A stretch of DNA of 64,000 nucleotides from an uncultured cyanobacterium (lineage in GTDB: Bacteria; Cyanobacteriota; Cyanobacteriia; Cyanobacteriales; CAWUOF01), in assembly GCA_963744145.1 (NCBI GenBank), contig CAVUSO010000001.1, forward strand, positions 480,001 through 544,000. Direction: 5' to 3'. The notes under the pieces were generated by a model. The model saw nothing but the letters and a program-made list of their open reading frames with translations, ran no database searches and had not been told where the DNA came from. Position numbers and translations under genes: made by a program. Shown in pieces: positions 22,738 to 33,400 of this stretch; position 1 is the stretch's first letter, and the number at the start of each line of letters is the position of its first letter.

Positions 22738-24054
22738 ATGCTCAAACTATTCAAAATTGAAGGTATATCTATCTTTATTTTCGTCTGGTTAGGTCAACTA
22801 GTTTCCGTCTTAGGCTCGCACCTCAGCAGGTTTGCTCTTGCTATTGGGGTTTATCAGCAGACTGGTTCAGTTACTTACCTCTCCCTGCTGTTGCTATTTA
22901 GCACCCTCCCCTTCGTCCTCATTTCTCCATTGGCTGGTGTCTTAGTCAATCGCTGGAATCGTCGTTGGAGCATGATTCTCTGCGATGTTGGTGCCACTTT
23001 AAGTACCCTAGCGATGGCTTTACTATTTGTCAATGGACAAATACCTTCCCATATATATTTATTATATTTAGCAACGGCACTGAGTTCTAGTTTCAGCGTC
23101 GTTCAAGCCTCTGCTTATAGCGCTGCTACCACCTTGCTTGTGCCCACAGAACAATTAGGTCGAGCTAGTGGCATGATTCAATTCAATCAAGCTCTAGGAC
23201 AAATTCTTGCTCCCTTACTAGGTGCTGTACTCCTGGAAGTTATACAGATATCAGGAATCATTATTCTCGATTGTAGTAGTTTTCTATTTTCCTTAATTAC
23301 CTTACTCCTAGTTCGGTTTCCCCATCATCAAGTAAACGAAAGCCAGGAAAACCATCAGACCTCATTCTACCAAGAAGCACTTGACAGTTTCGATTATCTG
23401 AGAAATCGTTCTGGATTACTAGCTTTAGTATTTTTTTTTGCTAGTAGTAATTTCTTCATTGGCATAGTCGAAGCCCTGTCTTATCCTCTCATCCTCTCCT
23501 TCGCTTCTCCCACACAACTGGGCATGATCTTTTTCATTGGCGGTGTCGGAATGTTATTAGGTAGCCTCTTGATGATTACTTGGGGAACTGGAAGGCAAAA
23601 CTATATTAATTTATTATTCGGCTTTATGCTGGTCAGTGGATTTGCCATTATAGTGGCGGGGCTTTATCCTTCGATTTGGTTCTTTTCCATCGCTATTTTT
23701 TTATTTTTTCTGGGAATTGCCTTTATTAATGGTTCAGCTGAAGTAATTTTGCAAAAACAAGTTGCTCCCGAATTCCAGGGCAGAGTTTTCTCCTTTAATA
23801 ATGCGATCTGTGCCTCTTGTTTACCTCTAGCCTATCTGGTTGCTGGACCCCTAGCCAACCAAATATTTGAACCCTTAATGACAGTGGATGGTCTATTAGA
23901 AGAAACGATCGGACAGCTGATCGGTACTGGGCCTGGTCGAGGGATTGCTCTCATATTTATAATCTCGGGCATATTAAATATGCTAGTCACGGCGATCGCT
24001 TATCAATATGCTCCCTTAAGGTTAATAGAACGCGAGGTAAAATCAATAGGTTGA
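22738..24054 (+). CDS. MFS transporter (DHA3/EntS-like), probable NRPS product exporter
   Basis: WLGQLVSVLGS, GVLVNRWNRR (motif A), QGRVFS; about 12 TM helices. Confidence 0.9.
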   Translation: MLKLFKIEGISIFIFVWLGQLVSVLGSHLSRFALAIGVYQQTGSVTYLSLLLLFSTLPFVLISPLAGVLVNRWNRRWSMILCDVGATLSTLAMALLFVNGQIPSHIYLLYLATALSSSFSVVQASAYSAATTLLVPTEQLGRASGMIQFNQALGQILAPLLGAVLLEVIQISGIIILDCSSFLFSLITLLLVRFPHHQVNESQENHQTSFYQEALDSFDYLRNRSGLLALVFFFASSNFFIGIVEALSYPLILSFASPTQLGMIFFIGGVGMLLGSLLMITWGTGRQNYINLLFGFMLVSGFAIIVAGLYPSIWFFSIAIFLFFLGIAFINGSAEVILQKQVAPEFQGRVFSFNNAICASCLPLAYLVAGPLANQIFEPLMTVDGLLEETIGQLIGTGPGRGIALIFIISGILNMLVTAIAYQYAPLRLIEREVKSIG

Positions 24055-24152
24055 GATTGAGCTTGGGGGTTTAGCGGCGATCGCCATCACCGAATAGAGT
24101 AAAATTAGACACTTTCAACCTAGAGCAGTTTCCAGTAAACATCAATTTCCCT

Positions 24153-24768
24153 ATGACGCGATTTATTCACGACCAATTTGCTTGCGGATTATCTCGAAGA
24201 ATTATTAAGAACCTTGGGCCGAGTCCAAGCACCCCGTAGCGTTAGCACCGAAGTGAGGGAAATCGATGTTTGGTTTGAGCCAACATCAAGCAGCACCGGA
24301 AATCCCGAACTGTTAGGATTATTAGGCAGATTAGCAGCAACACCCTGTATTTTAGAACCATTTCGTAATCCAGTCACACCCCAAGAAATTTGTGATTGTC
24401 TCTGCAAAGAATTAGAAATTAGACGCAGATTCTACCGAGAAACGATTCGTAATGCTCAAGAACTAGCTGACTTACCCAGATTGTGGATACTCACACCCAC
24501 CGCATCGCCAGCAATATTGTCAGGATTTCGTGCTATAGTAGAATCAGAATGGTTACCGGGAGTTCATTTGATGGCACCGGAACTCGCCAACAGCAATTAT
24601 CGTGATTCACCAATTACCCCAAACCCCAGAAACATGTTAGGTTGAGGATTATGGGGAAAGGTAAAGTGCAACAACAGGCAAGTTCGGAAATAGCAGCACT
24701 GCCGCCAGTCCCATCCCTTCCGTACTAATGCTTTAACCATGCTCAATCGGTTAAGATCAGATTGCTAA
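24153..24768 (+). pseudogene. Degraded cyanobacterial MTRFIHDQFAKDYLEELL-family protein (putative PD-(D/E)XK/Rpn-like)
   Basis: ATG 24153 MTRFIHDQFA, frameshift into DYLEELL...EIDVWF...EPFRN; further shift near 24585; truncated. Confidence 0.7.
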
Positions 24769-24855
24769 TCTTTTGGAGTGATATCCATATTTTTCGCATA
24801 CTTCATTTCACTACGCTTTACTCCTTTATCCTACGATTTTTCGCGATCTGATGCT

Positions 24856-26526
24856 ATGACAAATCTTTCCTTGGAAGCCATTTCACCAATAGAACCACCT
24901 TCAAATAACTGGAAGCGGTACTTTAGCTTCAGCACTGACCATAAGGTAATTGGGATTCAATATTTAGTTACCTCCTTCTTCTTTTTTCTCGTCGGTGGGA
25001 TTTTAGCCATGATCATGCGGGGCGAACTAATCACCCCGGAAGCCGATCTAGTCGATCGCGCTCTTTACAATGCCATGTTCACCATGCACGGTACGATCAT
25101 GCTGTTCCTGTGGACTTTCCCCTCCCTAGTGGGACTATCCAATTATCTAGTACCCTTGATGATTGGGGCTAAGGATATGGCATTTCCCCGCTTAAATGCA
25201 GCCGCATTCTGGATGGTGCCTGTACTTGGGGTAATTATGATGGCTAGCTTTTTTGTACCGGGCGGACCATCTCAATCCGGTTGGTGGGCTTATCCTCCAG
25301 TTAGTCTCCAGAATCCCACAGGGAATTTGATCAACGGACAGGTACTATGGATTTTAGCTGTAGCCATTTCCGGTGTGTCCTCAATTATGGGTGCTGTCAA
25401 TTTTGTGACGACCATCTTCAAAATGCGGGCACCAGGAATGACATGGTTTCGGATGCCCGTATTTGTCTGGACTGTATTAGCAGCACAAATTATTCAGTTA
25501 TTTGGCTTACCTGCACTCACCGCAGGTGCTGTCATGTTATTACTTGATCTTACCTGTGGCACTAGCTTTTTCGATCCGGCTAAAGGTGGAGATCCAGTTT
25601 TATTTCAGCACTTCTTTTGGTTTTACTCCCATCCGGCAGTTTATGTGATTATTTTGCCAATTTTTGGAGTATTTTCCGAAGTCTTCCCAGTTTATGCTCG
25701 TAAACCTTTATTTGGCTATAAAGTAGTCGCGATTTCTTCACTGGTGATTACTAGCTTAAGTGGGATTGTCTGGGTGCATCACATGTTTGCTAGTGGAACA
25801 CCAGGCTGGATGCGGGTACTATTTATGGCAACAACCATGTTGATCTCAGTTCCCACAGGAATCAAAGTTTTTGCCTGGGTAGCAACCATTTGGGGTGGTA
25901 AATTACATCTGAATACACCCATGCTTTTTGCCCTCGGGGGGCTAGTGATGTTTGTATTTGCTGGGATTACAGGCATTATGTTGGCATCTGTACCCATCGA
26001 TATTCACGTCAATAACACCTATTTTGTTGTTGGTCACTTCCATTATGTGATTTATGGGGCAGTGGTAATGGGAATGTATGCAGCCCTATATCATTGGTTC
26101 CCGAAAATGACTGGCAGAATGTACTCGGAAGGATTAGGTAAACTACATTTCTTGCTCACCTTCATTGGTACAAATATCAGTTTTTTCCCCATGCACCCGT
26201 TAGGATTAGAAGGAATGCCTCGTCGGGTAGCTTCCTATGATCCTGAATTTGCCTTTTGGAATGTAGTTGCTAGTCTAGGATCATTCTTCTTAGGGATGTC
26301 TACTCTGCCATTTATTTTAAATATGATTGGTTCCTGGGTACAGGGCGAAAAAGCTCCCAAGAATCCTTGGCGGGCGATCGGACTAGAATGGTTACTATCT
26401 TCACCTCCTACTGTGGAAAATTTTGAAGAATTGCCAATTGTGATTGCTAAACCTTATGGTTATGGCAAATCAGAACCATTGGTTGCGAATCTGGATCAAC
26501 TGGAGGTAGTCCATGAATCCCACTAA
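24856..26526 (+). CDS. ctaD: Heme-copper oxidase subunit I (ARTO type)
   Basis: STDHKVIG, MHGTIM, WFYSHPAVY, WVHHMF, HFHY; likely start is ATG 24856. Confidence 0.95.
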   Translation: MTNLSLEAISPIEPPSNNWKRYFSFSTDHKVIGIQYLVTSFFFFLVGGILAMIMRGELITPEADLVDRALYNAMFTMHGTIMLFLWTFPSLVGLSNYLVPLMIGAKDMAFPRLNAAAFWMVPVLGVIMMASFFVPGGPSQSGWWAYPPVSLQNPTGNLINGQVLWILAVAISGVSSIMGAVNFVTTIFKMRAPGMTWFRMPVFVWTVLAAQIIQLFGLPALTAGAVMLLLDLTCGTSFFDPAKGGDPVLFQHFFWFYSHPAVYVIILPIFGVFSEVFPVYARKPLFGYKVVAISSLVITSLSGIVWVHHMFASGTPGWMRVLFMATTMLISVPTGIKVFAWVATIWGGKLHLNTPMLFALGGLVMFVFAGITGIMLASVPIDIHVNNTYFVVGHFHYVIYGAVVMGMYAALYHWFPKMTGRMYSEGLGKLHFLLTFIGTNISFFPMHPLGLEGMPRRVASYDPEFAFWNVVASLGSFFLGMSTLPFILNMIGSWVQGEKAPKNPWRAIGLEWLLSSPPTVENFEELPIVIAKPYGYGKSEPLVANLDQLEVVHESH

Positions 26527-27133
26527 TGTCAATGTTTCCCTTGATGCTGCACCTAGTCAGACCCATGAAACCACCACACATACTCATGATGCAGCGGGCA
26601 ATAGTATGTTCGGTTTCATTGTGTTTCTATTGTCTGAAAGCGTCATTTTCCTCAGCTTTTTTACTGGATACATTGTTTATAAAACAACTGTTCCAGACTG
26701 GTTACCTCCTGGTGTCACAGGATTAGAAGTCTCTGGACCGGCTGTAAATACAGTGGTGCTTGTTTCTAGTAGTTTTGTAATCTATGTGGCTGAACGCTAC
26801 CTCCATCGCCAAAATCTCTGGGGATTTCGAGCATTTTGGCTACTGACTATGGTAATGGGTAGCTATTTCCTCTATGGACAAGCAGTAGAATGGCGCAGTC
26901 TGGCTTTTGGGTTTACAGATGGGGTGTTTGGTGGTACATTCTATCTCCTGACTGGGTTTCATGGATTGCACGTTTTGACCGGGATTCTGTTGCAATTAAT
27001 TATGCTAGTGCGATCGCTAATTCCTGGTAACTACGATCGCGGTGAATTTGGTGTATTTGCCACCTCTTTATTCTGGCATTTTGTTGATGTCATTTGGATT
27101 ATTTTGTTTGTCCTGATCTATGTCTGGCAATAA
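26513..27133 (+). CDS. ctaE: Heme-copper oxidase subunit III
   Basis: FLLSESVIF, TGFHGLHV, WHFVDVIW. Confidence 0.93.
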   Translation: MNPTNVNVSLDAAPSQTHETTTHTHDAAGNSMFGFIVFLLSESVIFLSFFTGYIVYKTTVPDWLPPGVTGLEVSGPAVNTVVLVSSSFVIYVAERYLHRQNLWGFRAFWLLTMVMGSYFLYGQAVEWRSLAFGFTDGVFGGTFYLLTGFHGLHVLTGILLQLIMLVRSLIPGNYDRGEFGVFATSLFWHFVDVIWIILFVLIYVWQ

Positions 27134-27145
27134 TGAGGCAGTGAC

Positions 27146-28657
27146 ATGATTATTGATGATCAATCCTACGATCTGATTATTGTGGGGACAGGTGCAGGTG
27201 GTGGGACACTAGCTCGGAAAGTCGCTCCCACTGGTAAAAAAATCCTGATTTTGGAACGTGGAGATTTTATGTCTCCAGAAGAGCAACACCGCAGTAATGT
27301 CGATATCTTTAAGCGGGAACGCTATCATGCTCCGGAACAATGGTACGACAGCAACGGTGAACCATTTTCACCCCAAATGAATTATGCGATCGGTGGTAAT
27401 ACGAAAATTTATAACTCCGTTCTACTAAGATTCCGTGAACGTGATTTTGAAGCAGTTAAGCATCAATCAGGTACATCACCAAAATGGTGTCTGCAATATG
27501 CTGATTTTGAACCTTACTACACCGAAGCTGAACAACTTTATCAGGTTCATGGTCTAGTAAATGGTGAACCGACTGAACCTTTCCATAGTAGTGAATATCC
27601 CTTTGCTCCTCTAGCTCACGATCCCCAGATTGACGAAATTATCGGTGCGATCGCTGATCAAGGGTTACATCCCGCTCCTTTACCTGTAGGATTAGCTGAC
27701 TCACCAGATCATCCCCCTAATGATGCGGAGGTGATTGGTATAGCTCCAATTTTAAACCATCCCCAGATCACGATCAAAACAGGAGCAAAAGTAATTTGTT
27801 TACACACTAATCCATCTGGTCAAGTGGTTAAAGGTGTGGAAGCAGAAATTGCTGGACAATCCTACTTGTTTCTCGGTGATATTGTAGTGTTAGCTTGTGG
27901 AGCAGTTAATTCAGCCGCATTATTATTACGTTCTGTTAGTGATCGACATCCTCATGGTTTAGCCAATAGTTCTAATTTAGTCGGTCACAATTTGATGAAA
28001 AGTCTGATGACAGCAGTAGTGCAACTTAGCACGAAACCTAATTCTGGTACTTTTCCCAAAAGCATTTATGTAAACGATTTTTATTGGGGTGATGCTGATT
28101 TTGCTTACCCCATGGGACATATTCACAACGCTGGTGGGTTGTTAACGGATATAATCTTTGCTGAAGCTCCCCCGATGTTTTCCCTGTTTGCTAAATTTAT
28201 GCCCGGTTTTGGATTGAAACAGTTAGCAACCCATTCAATTGGGTGGTGGGCACAAACTGAAGATTTACCAGATCCTAATAATCGAGTCCGAGTGGAAGGT
28301 AATAAATTGTATGTTGATTACACTCCCAACAATATAGAAGCTCACGATCGCCTAGTTTATCGTTGGACAGAAATCCTCAAAGCGATCGAAAAAGAATTAG
28401 ATGGTTTTCAAAGTGGATTATTGCACCCTCGGGGTCAAATTCCCATTCAAGTTATGGCTAATCAATGTGGGACTTGTCGTTTTGGGGAAGATCCTGCGAC
28501 TTCAGTTTTAAATCCCGATTGTAGTACCCATGATGTGGATAATCTCTATGTCGTCGATAGTAGTTTCTTTCCCTCTAATCCCAGCATAAGTCCAGCCTTA
28601 ACAATTATAGCTAATGCGCTCCGAGTAGGTGATCATTTGATTAAACGATTGCAGTAA
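27146..28657 (+). CDS. GMC-family flavoprotein oxidoreductase
   Basis: GTGAGGG FAD motif, GTCRFG, NLYVVDSSFFPS, PALTIIANALRV. Confidence 0.9.
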   Translation: MIIDDQSYDLIIVGTGAGGGTLARKVAPTGKKILILERGDFMSPEEQHRSNVDIFKRERYHAPEQWYDSNGEPFSPQMNYAIGGNTKIYNSVLLRFRERDFEAVKHQSGTSPKWCLQYADFEPYYTEAEQLYQVHGLVNGEPTEPFHSSEYPFAPLAHDPQIDEIIGAIADQGLHPAPLPVGLADSPDHPPNDAEVIGIAPILNHPQITIKTGAKVICLHTNPSGQVVKGVEAEIAGQSYLFLGDIVVLACGAVNSAALLLRSVSDRHPHGLANSSNLVGHNLMKSLMTAVVQLSTKPNSGTFPKSIYVNDFYWGDADFAYPMGHIHNAGGLLTDIIFAEAPPMFSLFAKFMPGFGLKQLATHSIGWWAQTEDLPDPNNRVRVEGNKLYVDYTPNNIEAHDRLVYRWTEILKAIEKELDGFQSGLLHPRGQIPIQVMANQCGTCRFGEDPATSVLNPDCSTHDVDNLYVVDSSFFPSNPSISPALTIIANALRVGDHLIKRLQ

Positions 28658-28698
28658 TTCATTAGAAATTGATGATCTTTGGATTGAATGTATAGCTA

Positions 28699-28866
28699 AT
28701 ACCAATTCTTGATCAAACTGCCTAGAATTGATCCCCCCAGCCCCCTTAAAAAGGGGGAGCCGGAATTAAAGTCCCCCTTAAAAAGGGGGAGCCGGAATTA
28801 AAGTCCCCCTTTTTAAGGGGGATTTAGGGGGATTTAAATTTGTGCAACTTCACATTAAATTGGTAT
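28699..28866. repeat. Cyanobacterial CCCCCTTAAAAAGGGGG hairpin repeat / MITE-like element
   Basis: ATACCAATT...AATTGGTAT ends; internal duplicated CCCCCTTAAAAAGGGGGAGCCGGAATTAAAGT; related copy at ~32600-32720. Confidence 0.7.
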
Positions 28867-28912
28867 GAGAAATCTCAGCTTTTTTTCAGAAGATGTTAAA
28901 AGGATACCAATT

Positions 28913-29656
28913 ATGACTATTCCAGAAATTTCCACACCACCAGAAACAAGTGGGCAATCACGGAGCGGGATTAGATATCACATCTTGGGTAATATTCAGC
29001 AAATCCTATCTGTAGAACTAAATCCCGGTCAGGTTATCTATTCTGATACTGGAGCCATGTCATGGATGACCAGTTCAATTAAGATGAATACCAAAGCCGG
29101 GGGTGGACTAGGTGGGATGATTAAAAGAATGGCATCAGGTGCTACAGCATTCATTCTTGATTTTGAAGCTGATAGACACTCTGGACAGGTATCATTTACC
29201 ACAGATTTTCCTGGTAAGATTCTGCCGATCGAACTGAATTCGGGTGAGTCAATTGTGATGCACAAACACGCATTTTTATGTGCAGAAAAAACAGTACAGT
29301 TAGATGTATTTTTCAGTCGGAAACTAGGAGCAGGTTTTTTTGCTGGAGAAGGATTCATTCTCCAAAAATTGACTGGACCAGGGATCTGCTTTGCCGAACT
29401 AGACGGTGACGCTGTAGAATATCATCTTCAAGCTAATCAAATGATGCGAGTAGAACCCGGTCATGTAGCGATGTTTGACAGCAATGTGACCTTTGATATT
29501 GAGATGATTAAGGGAATAACCAACATTTTTCTCGGTGGTGAAGGGCTATTCCTAGCTACATTGAAAGGACCAGGACGGATCTGGCTCCATTCGATCACTG
29601 AAAGTAAAATCGCCCAAAGACTGGCACCTTATCTGCCCGCTCAATCAAAGGGTTGA
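28913..29656 (+). CDS. AIM24/TIGR00266 family protein
   Basis: YHILGNIQQILSVEL, GAMSWM, FFAGEGFILQKL, GEGLFLATLKGPGRIWL. Confidence 0.88.
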   Translation: MTIPEISTPPETSGQSRSGIRYHILGNIQQILSVELNPGQVIYSDTGAMSWMTSSIKMNTKAGGGLGGMIKRMASGATAFILDFEADRHSGQVSFTTDFPGKILPIELNSGESIVMHKHAFLCAEKTVQLDVFFSRKLGAGFFAGEGFILQKLTGPGICFAELDGDAVEYHLQANQMMRVEPGHVAMFDSNVTFDIEMIKGITNIFLGGEGLFLATLKGPGRIWLHSITESKIAQRLAPYLPAQSKG

Positions 29657-29824
29657 TTGATTTGAACAGCTAAAGTGCTAATAATACTCCAATCTTCTTG
29701 ATCGGAGCCAAAAACTGATGTTGGAATAGCAAGGATATTGAAGAAGCCTAGTGGAACGCGATCGCTTCAATCTCTGTCTATATTGACGGACATGAGTTTT
29801 AGCAAATCCCCACTCAACTAAACT

Positions 29825-30127
29825 ATGAAATTTTCTCCTGTATTAATCCTGGTAACTATTTTTGGATTGATTGCTGCTCTCCCTGGATCAGCTTTGGCTC
29901 AACAATCCCAACCATCTGGAAATCAAGGGACACCACTTTGTGGTAAGAATGCTCCTGGTGTGGAAAAACATCCTGAAATGTGCAAAGCGCTGGGAAGTTT
30001 GCGTCGTGCCAAAAAACAATTGGAAAATTCCGCTCATGATTACAATGGATTGAGAGTTAAAGCACTTCAGGAAACTCAACAAGCTATTGATGATGTGATT
30101 CAGGCCATTAAATCAGATCAACAATAA
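29825..30127 (+). CDS. Small secreted helical protein
   Basis: Signal peptide (ALA|QQ); HPEM..AL..L..AK..L...AHDYNG.RVKAL pattern; two Cys. Confidence 0.75.
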   Translation: MKFSPVLILVTIFGLIAALPGSALAQQSQPSGNQGTPLCGKNAPGVEKHPEMCKALGSLRRAKKQLENSAHDYNGLRVKALQETQQAIDDVIQAIKSDQQ

Positions 30128-30178
30128 TTGTAACTACATCATAGCACATGGGTAGGGGCGTATTGCTATACGCCCCTA

Positions 30179-32476
30179 CTAATTATTGGTAGGCTGAATT
30201 TTCGCTCCCTTGGCTGAACTAGATCGATCACGATTTCCTTGGTAATATCCGTAGGGACTGCTAATTTGCTCTTTCACCCCATTAGCTACTACTCCTAAAA
30301 TATGGGAACCAGAAACTTGCAATTCATCTAATGCTTGTTTCAGTTCATCTCGGTTAGTTTTCTCAATCCCTACTACTAACAAAATTCCATCTGTATTCGC
30401 TGCAAGAATCGTACTATCGGCCAAATCTAATAAAGGCGGTGTATCATAAATAACTAAATCAAAAGCTGCTTGCCACTGTTTCATTAAATTTTGCATTTTC
30501 ATCGATGCTAACAATCGCGGTGGATCGGGCGGAATTGGTCCCCCAGTCAATACGAATAAGTTCTCTTCGATCGCCGATCGCTGGATAATTTCTTCAAAAT
30601 GGATATCGGTAGCGATCGCATTACTTAATCCTTGCTGATTTTTTAACCCCAAAGGAATATGAACTTGGGGCCATCTTAAATCTGCGTCCACCAGTAAGAC
30701 TCTTTGACCCATGGCTGCGGCGGCGATCGCTAAATTAATTGCTACAGTAGATTTACCATCTGTAGAAGTTGCTGATCCAATCACAATGGAACGGATGGGA
30801 TTTTCTGAGTAGAGTAAACGTAACTTAGTATTTAAGTAGCGAAATGATTCTTGAAACGGGGAAGCGATCGCTGCTCGGATCTGGGGATCTTTACATTTAG
30901 GGATTAATCCTAATAAAGGTAATCCAGTGGCATTTTTGATTTCTTTAGCTGTATAAAAGACATGATGCAACCGTTCAGCGATTAACCCCGCACCTACCCC
31001 GAGCAATATTCCCGTAATTCCTCCCCAGAGAAGATGTAAAAGTATATTGGGAGAAATCGGGATTAATCGACCTGATTGAGTGCGGGGAATATCTGGACCG
31101 GACATGATTTGCCAAGGTATTTCTTTAGTCTTAGCTGTGACAAATTGTAGCTCTTTGCGTTTTGCTAATAATTCATTATAGCTATTAGTAACTTCCTGTA
31201 ATTTAGTCATCATTTCATTATATTGACGCTGAATTACGGGAAATTGTTGTCCTTGTTGACTTAAATTACTTTCAACTTGAGCGATCGCTTGACTTCGCAC
31301 TTCGAGAACTTTAATTTTACTAGCAGTATCGACTAACTGTTGAGCAATTCCCACCCGAATTGAATCTTGTAACGTTAAAGTTTGCACCTGAGCAGCAGTA
31401 TTTGCTAGATCCTGACCGACAATTTTTTGAGCTTCTTTACTTAAAAGTGCCAGCACATTTTGTTGTTGTTCTCGGAGGGATTGAATTTGGGGGGTAGCTT
31501 CCGTAAATCTAGTTTTTTCGATCGCAATATTTATTTCGATTTGCTGAAGTCTATTTAACAATTGCTGATAGAGCGGATTTTGGCTCAATGCTGAAGCTGC
31601 GATCGCTTCATCTAAATTCAATCCTAACTGTTTCTCCAACATAGTATAGAGCGATCGCATTTGAGCTAGACTTGTTGTTGTATCAATCTCTTGCTGTTTT
31701 ACAGCGATTATTTGTTCTGCTAATTTTTGCCCTTGCAAAGTAGGATCAATAATGTTATACTGCTGCCTTAAGCGTTGAATTTTCTGTTGAATTTCTTTTC
31801 CTTGAGACTGCAACTTGGTCAATTGATTTTGAATGAAATTAAGCAAACTAAGATTTTGATTTTTAGTATTTTCCTGACTATATTTAATATAGTTTCCGGC
31901 AATTTTTTCAAGAATAAACTGAATTTTTTCTGGATTAGTATCTCGATAACGAACTTGAATAATTTTAGTTTTATTAATACGTTCTATGACTAAACCCTGA
32001 TCAGCAGCAAATAAACTTTGATCTGGTTTTTGGGTAAAAAGTGATTCATAAGTAACTTCTGGATATTTAGCTTGGATATTTGCTAGAGCAGACTCCATTA
32101 CCTTCGGACTTTTCAAAACCTGTAACTGAGTTTCATCATCTAATCCAGCAGTTTCTCGATTAAAATTTTCAGTTAATTTTTGTTCTAATCCAACTAACCC
32201 TATCCCTGGTTCTTTCGATGATGCAATTAACAACTCAAATTTACCTTCATATTCTTTAACTTGCATTAAACTCCAAGCTAAAACTGTCACAGTAACTGCT
32301 GTTGTTACCCCCATCATTAACCAAATTCTTCGTCCCACAGCACTCCAGAACTGACCCCGACTCGGTTCTGGTTCTGGTCGTGAAGGAGGTACAAACTTAT
32401 AAACAGCAGGAAATCCCCTGGTTGGTTTGCTTTTATTTTTGAGCGATAATGGTTGAGCGTTTTTCGTAGTCTCCAT
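30179..32476 (-). CDS. wzc: Wzc/GumC polysaccharide co-polymerase tyrosine kinase
   Basis: Two TM helices flanking a coiled coil; DGKST, LLVDADLR, IYDTPP; C-terminal YGYY. Confidence 0.9.
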   Translation of the reverse strand: METTKNAQPLSLKNKSKPTRGFPAVYKFVPPSRPEPEPSRGQFWSAVGRRIWLMMGVTTAVTVTVLAWSLMQVKEYEGKFELLIASSKEPGIGLVGLEQKLTENFNRETAGLDDETQLQVLKSPKVMESALANIQAKYPEVTYESLFTQKPDQSLFAADQGLVIERINKTKIIQVRYRDTNPEKIQFILEKIAGNYIKYSQENTKNQNLSLLNFIQNQLTKLQSQGKEIQQKIQRLRQQYNIIDPTLQGQKLAEQIIAVKQQEIDTTTSLAQMRSLYTMLEKQLGLNLDEAIAASALSQNPLYQQLLNRLQQIEINIAIEKTRFTEATPQIQSLREQQQNVLALLSKEAQKIVGQDLANTAAQVQTLTLQDSIRVGIAQQLVDTASKIKVLEVRSQAIAQVESNLSQQGQQFPVIQRQYNEMMTKLQEVTNSYNELLAKRKELQFVTAKTKEIPWQIMSGPDIPRTQSGRLIPISPNILLHLLWGGITGILLGVGAGLIAERLHHVFYTAKEIKNATGLPLLGLIPKCKDPQIRAAIASPFQESFRYLNTKLRLLYSENPIRSIVIGSATSTDGKSTVAINLAIAAAAMGQRVLLVDADLRWPQVHIPLGLKNQQGLSNAIATDIHFEEIIQRSAIEENLFVLTGGPIPPDPPRLLASMKMQNLMKQWQAAFDLVIYDTPPLLDLADSTILAANTDGILLVVGIEKTNRDELKQALDELQVSGSHILGVVANGVKEQISSPYGYYQGNRDRSSSAKGAKIQPTNN

Positions 32477-32598
32477 TGTTACCCCTATTTATTTTGAGTC
32501 TACTTAGGTAGTAGTAAAAAATCAGCACCCCTGCACCATCCATACTGCTCTAATCTTACTCTTATAGATCAGCGATCGCCCATGTTAGAAATCAGAAT

Positions 32599-32720
32599 TA
32601 TACCAGATTCACCAAGCACTGCTACAGATCCAGATCCCCCTCGCATCCCCCTTAAAAAGGGGGACTTTAAGAAGTATTAATCCGGTTCCCCCCTTTTTAA
32701 GGGGGGTTAGGGGGGATCGA
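32599..32720. repeat. Second CCCCCTTAAAAAGGGGG hairpin repeat
   Basis: GATCCCCC...CCCCCTTAAAAAGGGGG...CCCCCTTTTTAAGGGGG...GGGGGATC. Confidence 0.65.
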
Positions 32721-32793
32721 GCAACTGTAGCTAGAATAAATGAAATCAAAATTAAATATCATTCTGCCAAAAAGCGATCGCTAGGGAAAACAT

Positions 32794-33312
32794 TTAAACT
32801 CGTGATTCAAGCGACTTGAGCAACTCTGTATTCACCCCAGATTCACGGGAAAGAGCAATTTTTCCAGTCCGAGCAATTTCGCGAATGCCAAATTTGAGTA
32901 AAACTTGTACAATTGCGACCATTTTTCCGGGATCTCCGACCACTTCTAGAGTCAGAGATTCCTCAGCAATATCGACAATTCTGGCACGGAAAATTTGGGC
33001 AATTTCAATAATCTCCGATCTAGTCGAACTAGTCGCGTTTACCTTCGCTAACATTAACTCTCGTTCGACACAAGGAACCTCAGTAATATCTTGCACTTTG
33101 AGGACATTAATCAATTTATAAAGTTGCTTGGTCAATTGCTCGATAATGCGATCGTCTCCTGGTACTACCATAGTAATCCGGGAAATTCCCAACTGTTCGG
33201 CAGGTCCAACAGCCAAACTTTCGATATTAAATCCTCTTCGTGCAAATAAACCAGCAATCCGGGTTAATACCCCAGCTTCATCTTCTACTAAAACGGACAG
33301 AGTGTGTTTCAT
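32794..33312 (-). CDS. ilvN: Acetolactate synthase small subunit
   Basis: [36 protein letters not shown]. Confidence 0.97.
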   Translation of the reverse strand: MKHTLSVLVEDEAGVLTRIAGLFARRGFNIESLAVGPAEQLGISRITMVVPGDDRIIEQLTKQLYKLINVLKVQDITEVPCVERELMLAKVNATSSTRSEIIEIAQIFRARIVDIAEESLTLEVVGDPGKMVAIVQVLLKFGIREIARTGKIALSRESGVNTELLKSLESRV

Positions 33313-33400
33313 AACCTTGCAAAATTCTGCGGTCAAAATATCTAGCGTTTATCCAGCATAATTTTTTTTTGTCCAACTTGTCCATGATTTCCAGATGATT

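Noticed and set aside
24778-24855. N-terminal extension of ctaD (likewise ORF-track extensions of AIM24, hsdS-2, HTH, ald, hisC)
   Set aside because: Homology begins at downstream ATGs; upstream starts lie in intergenic or repeat DNA
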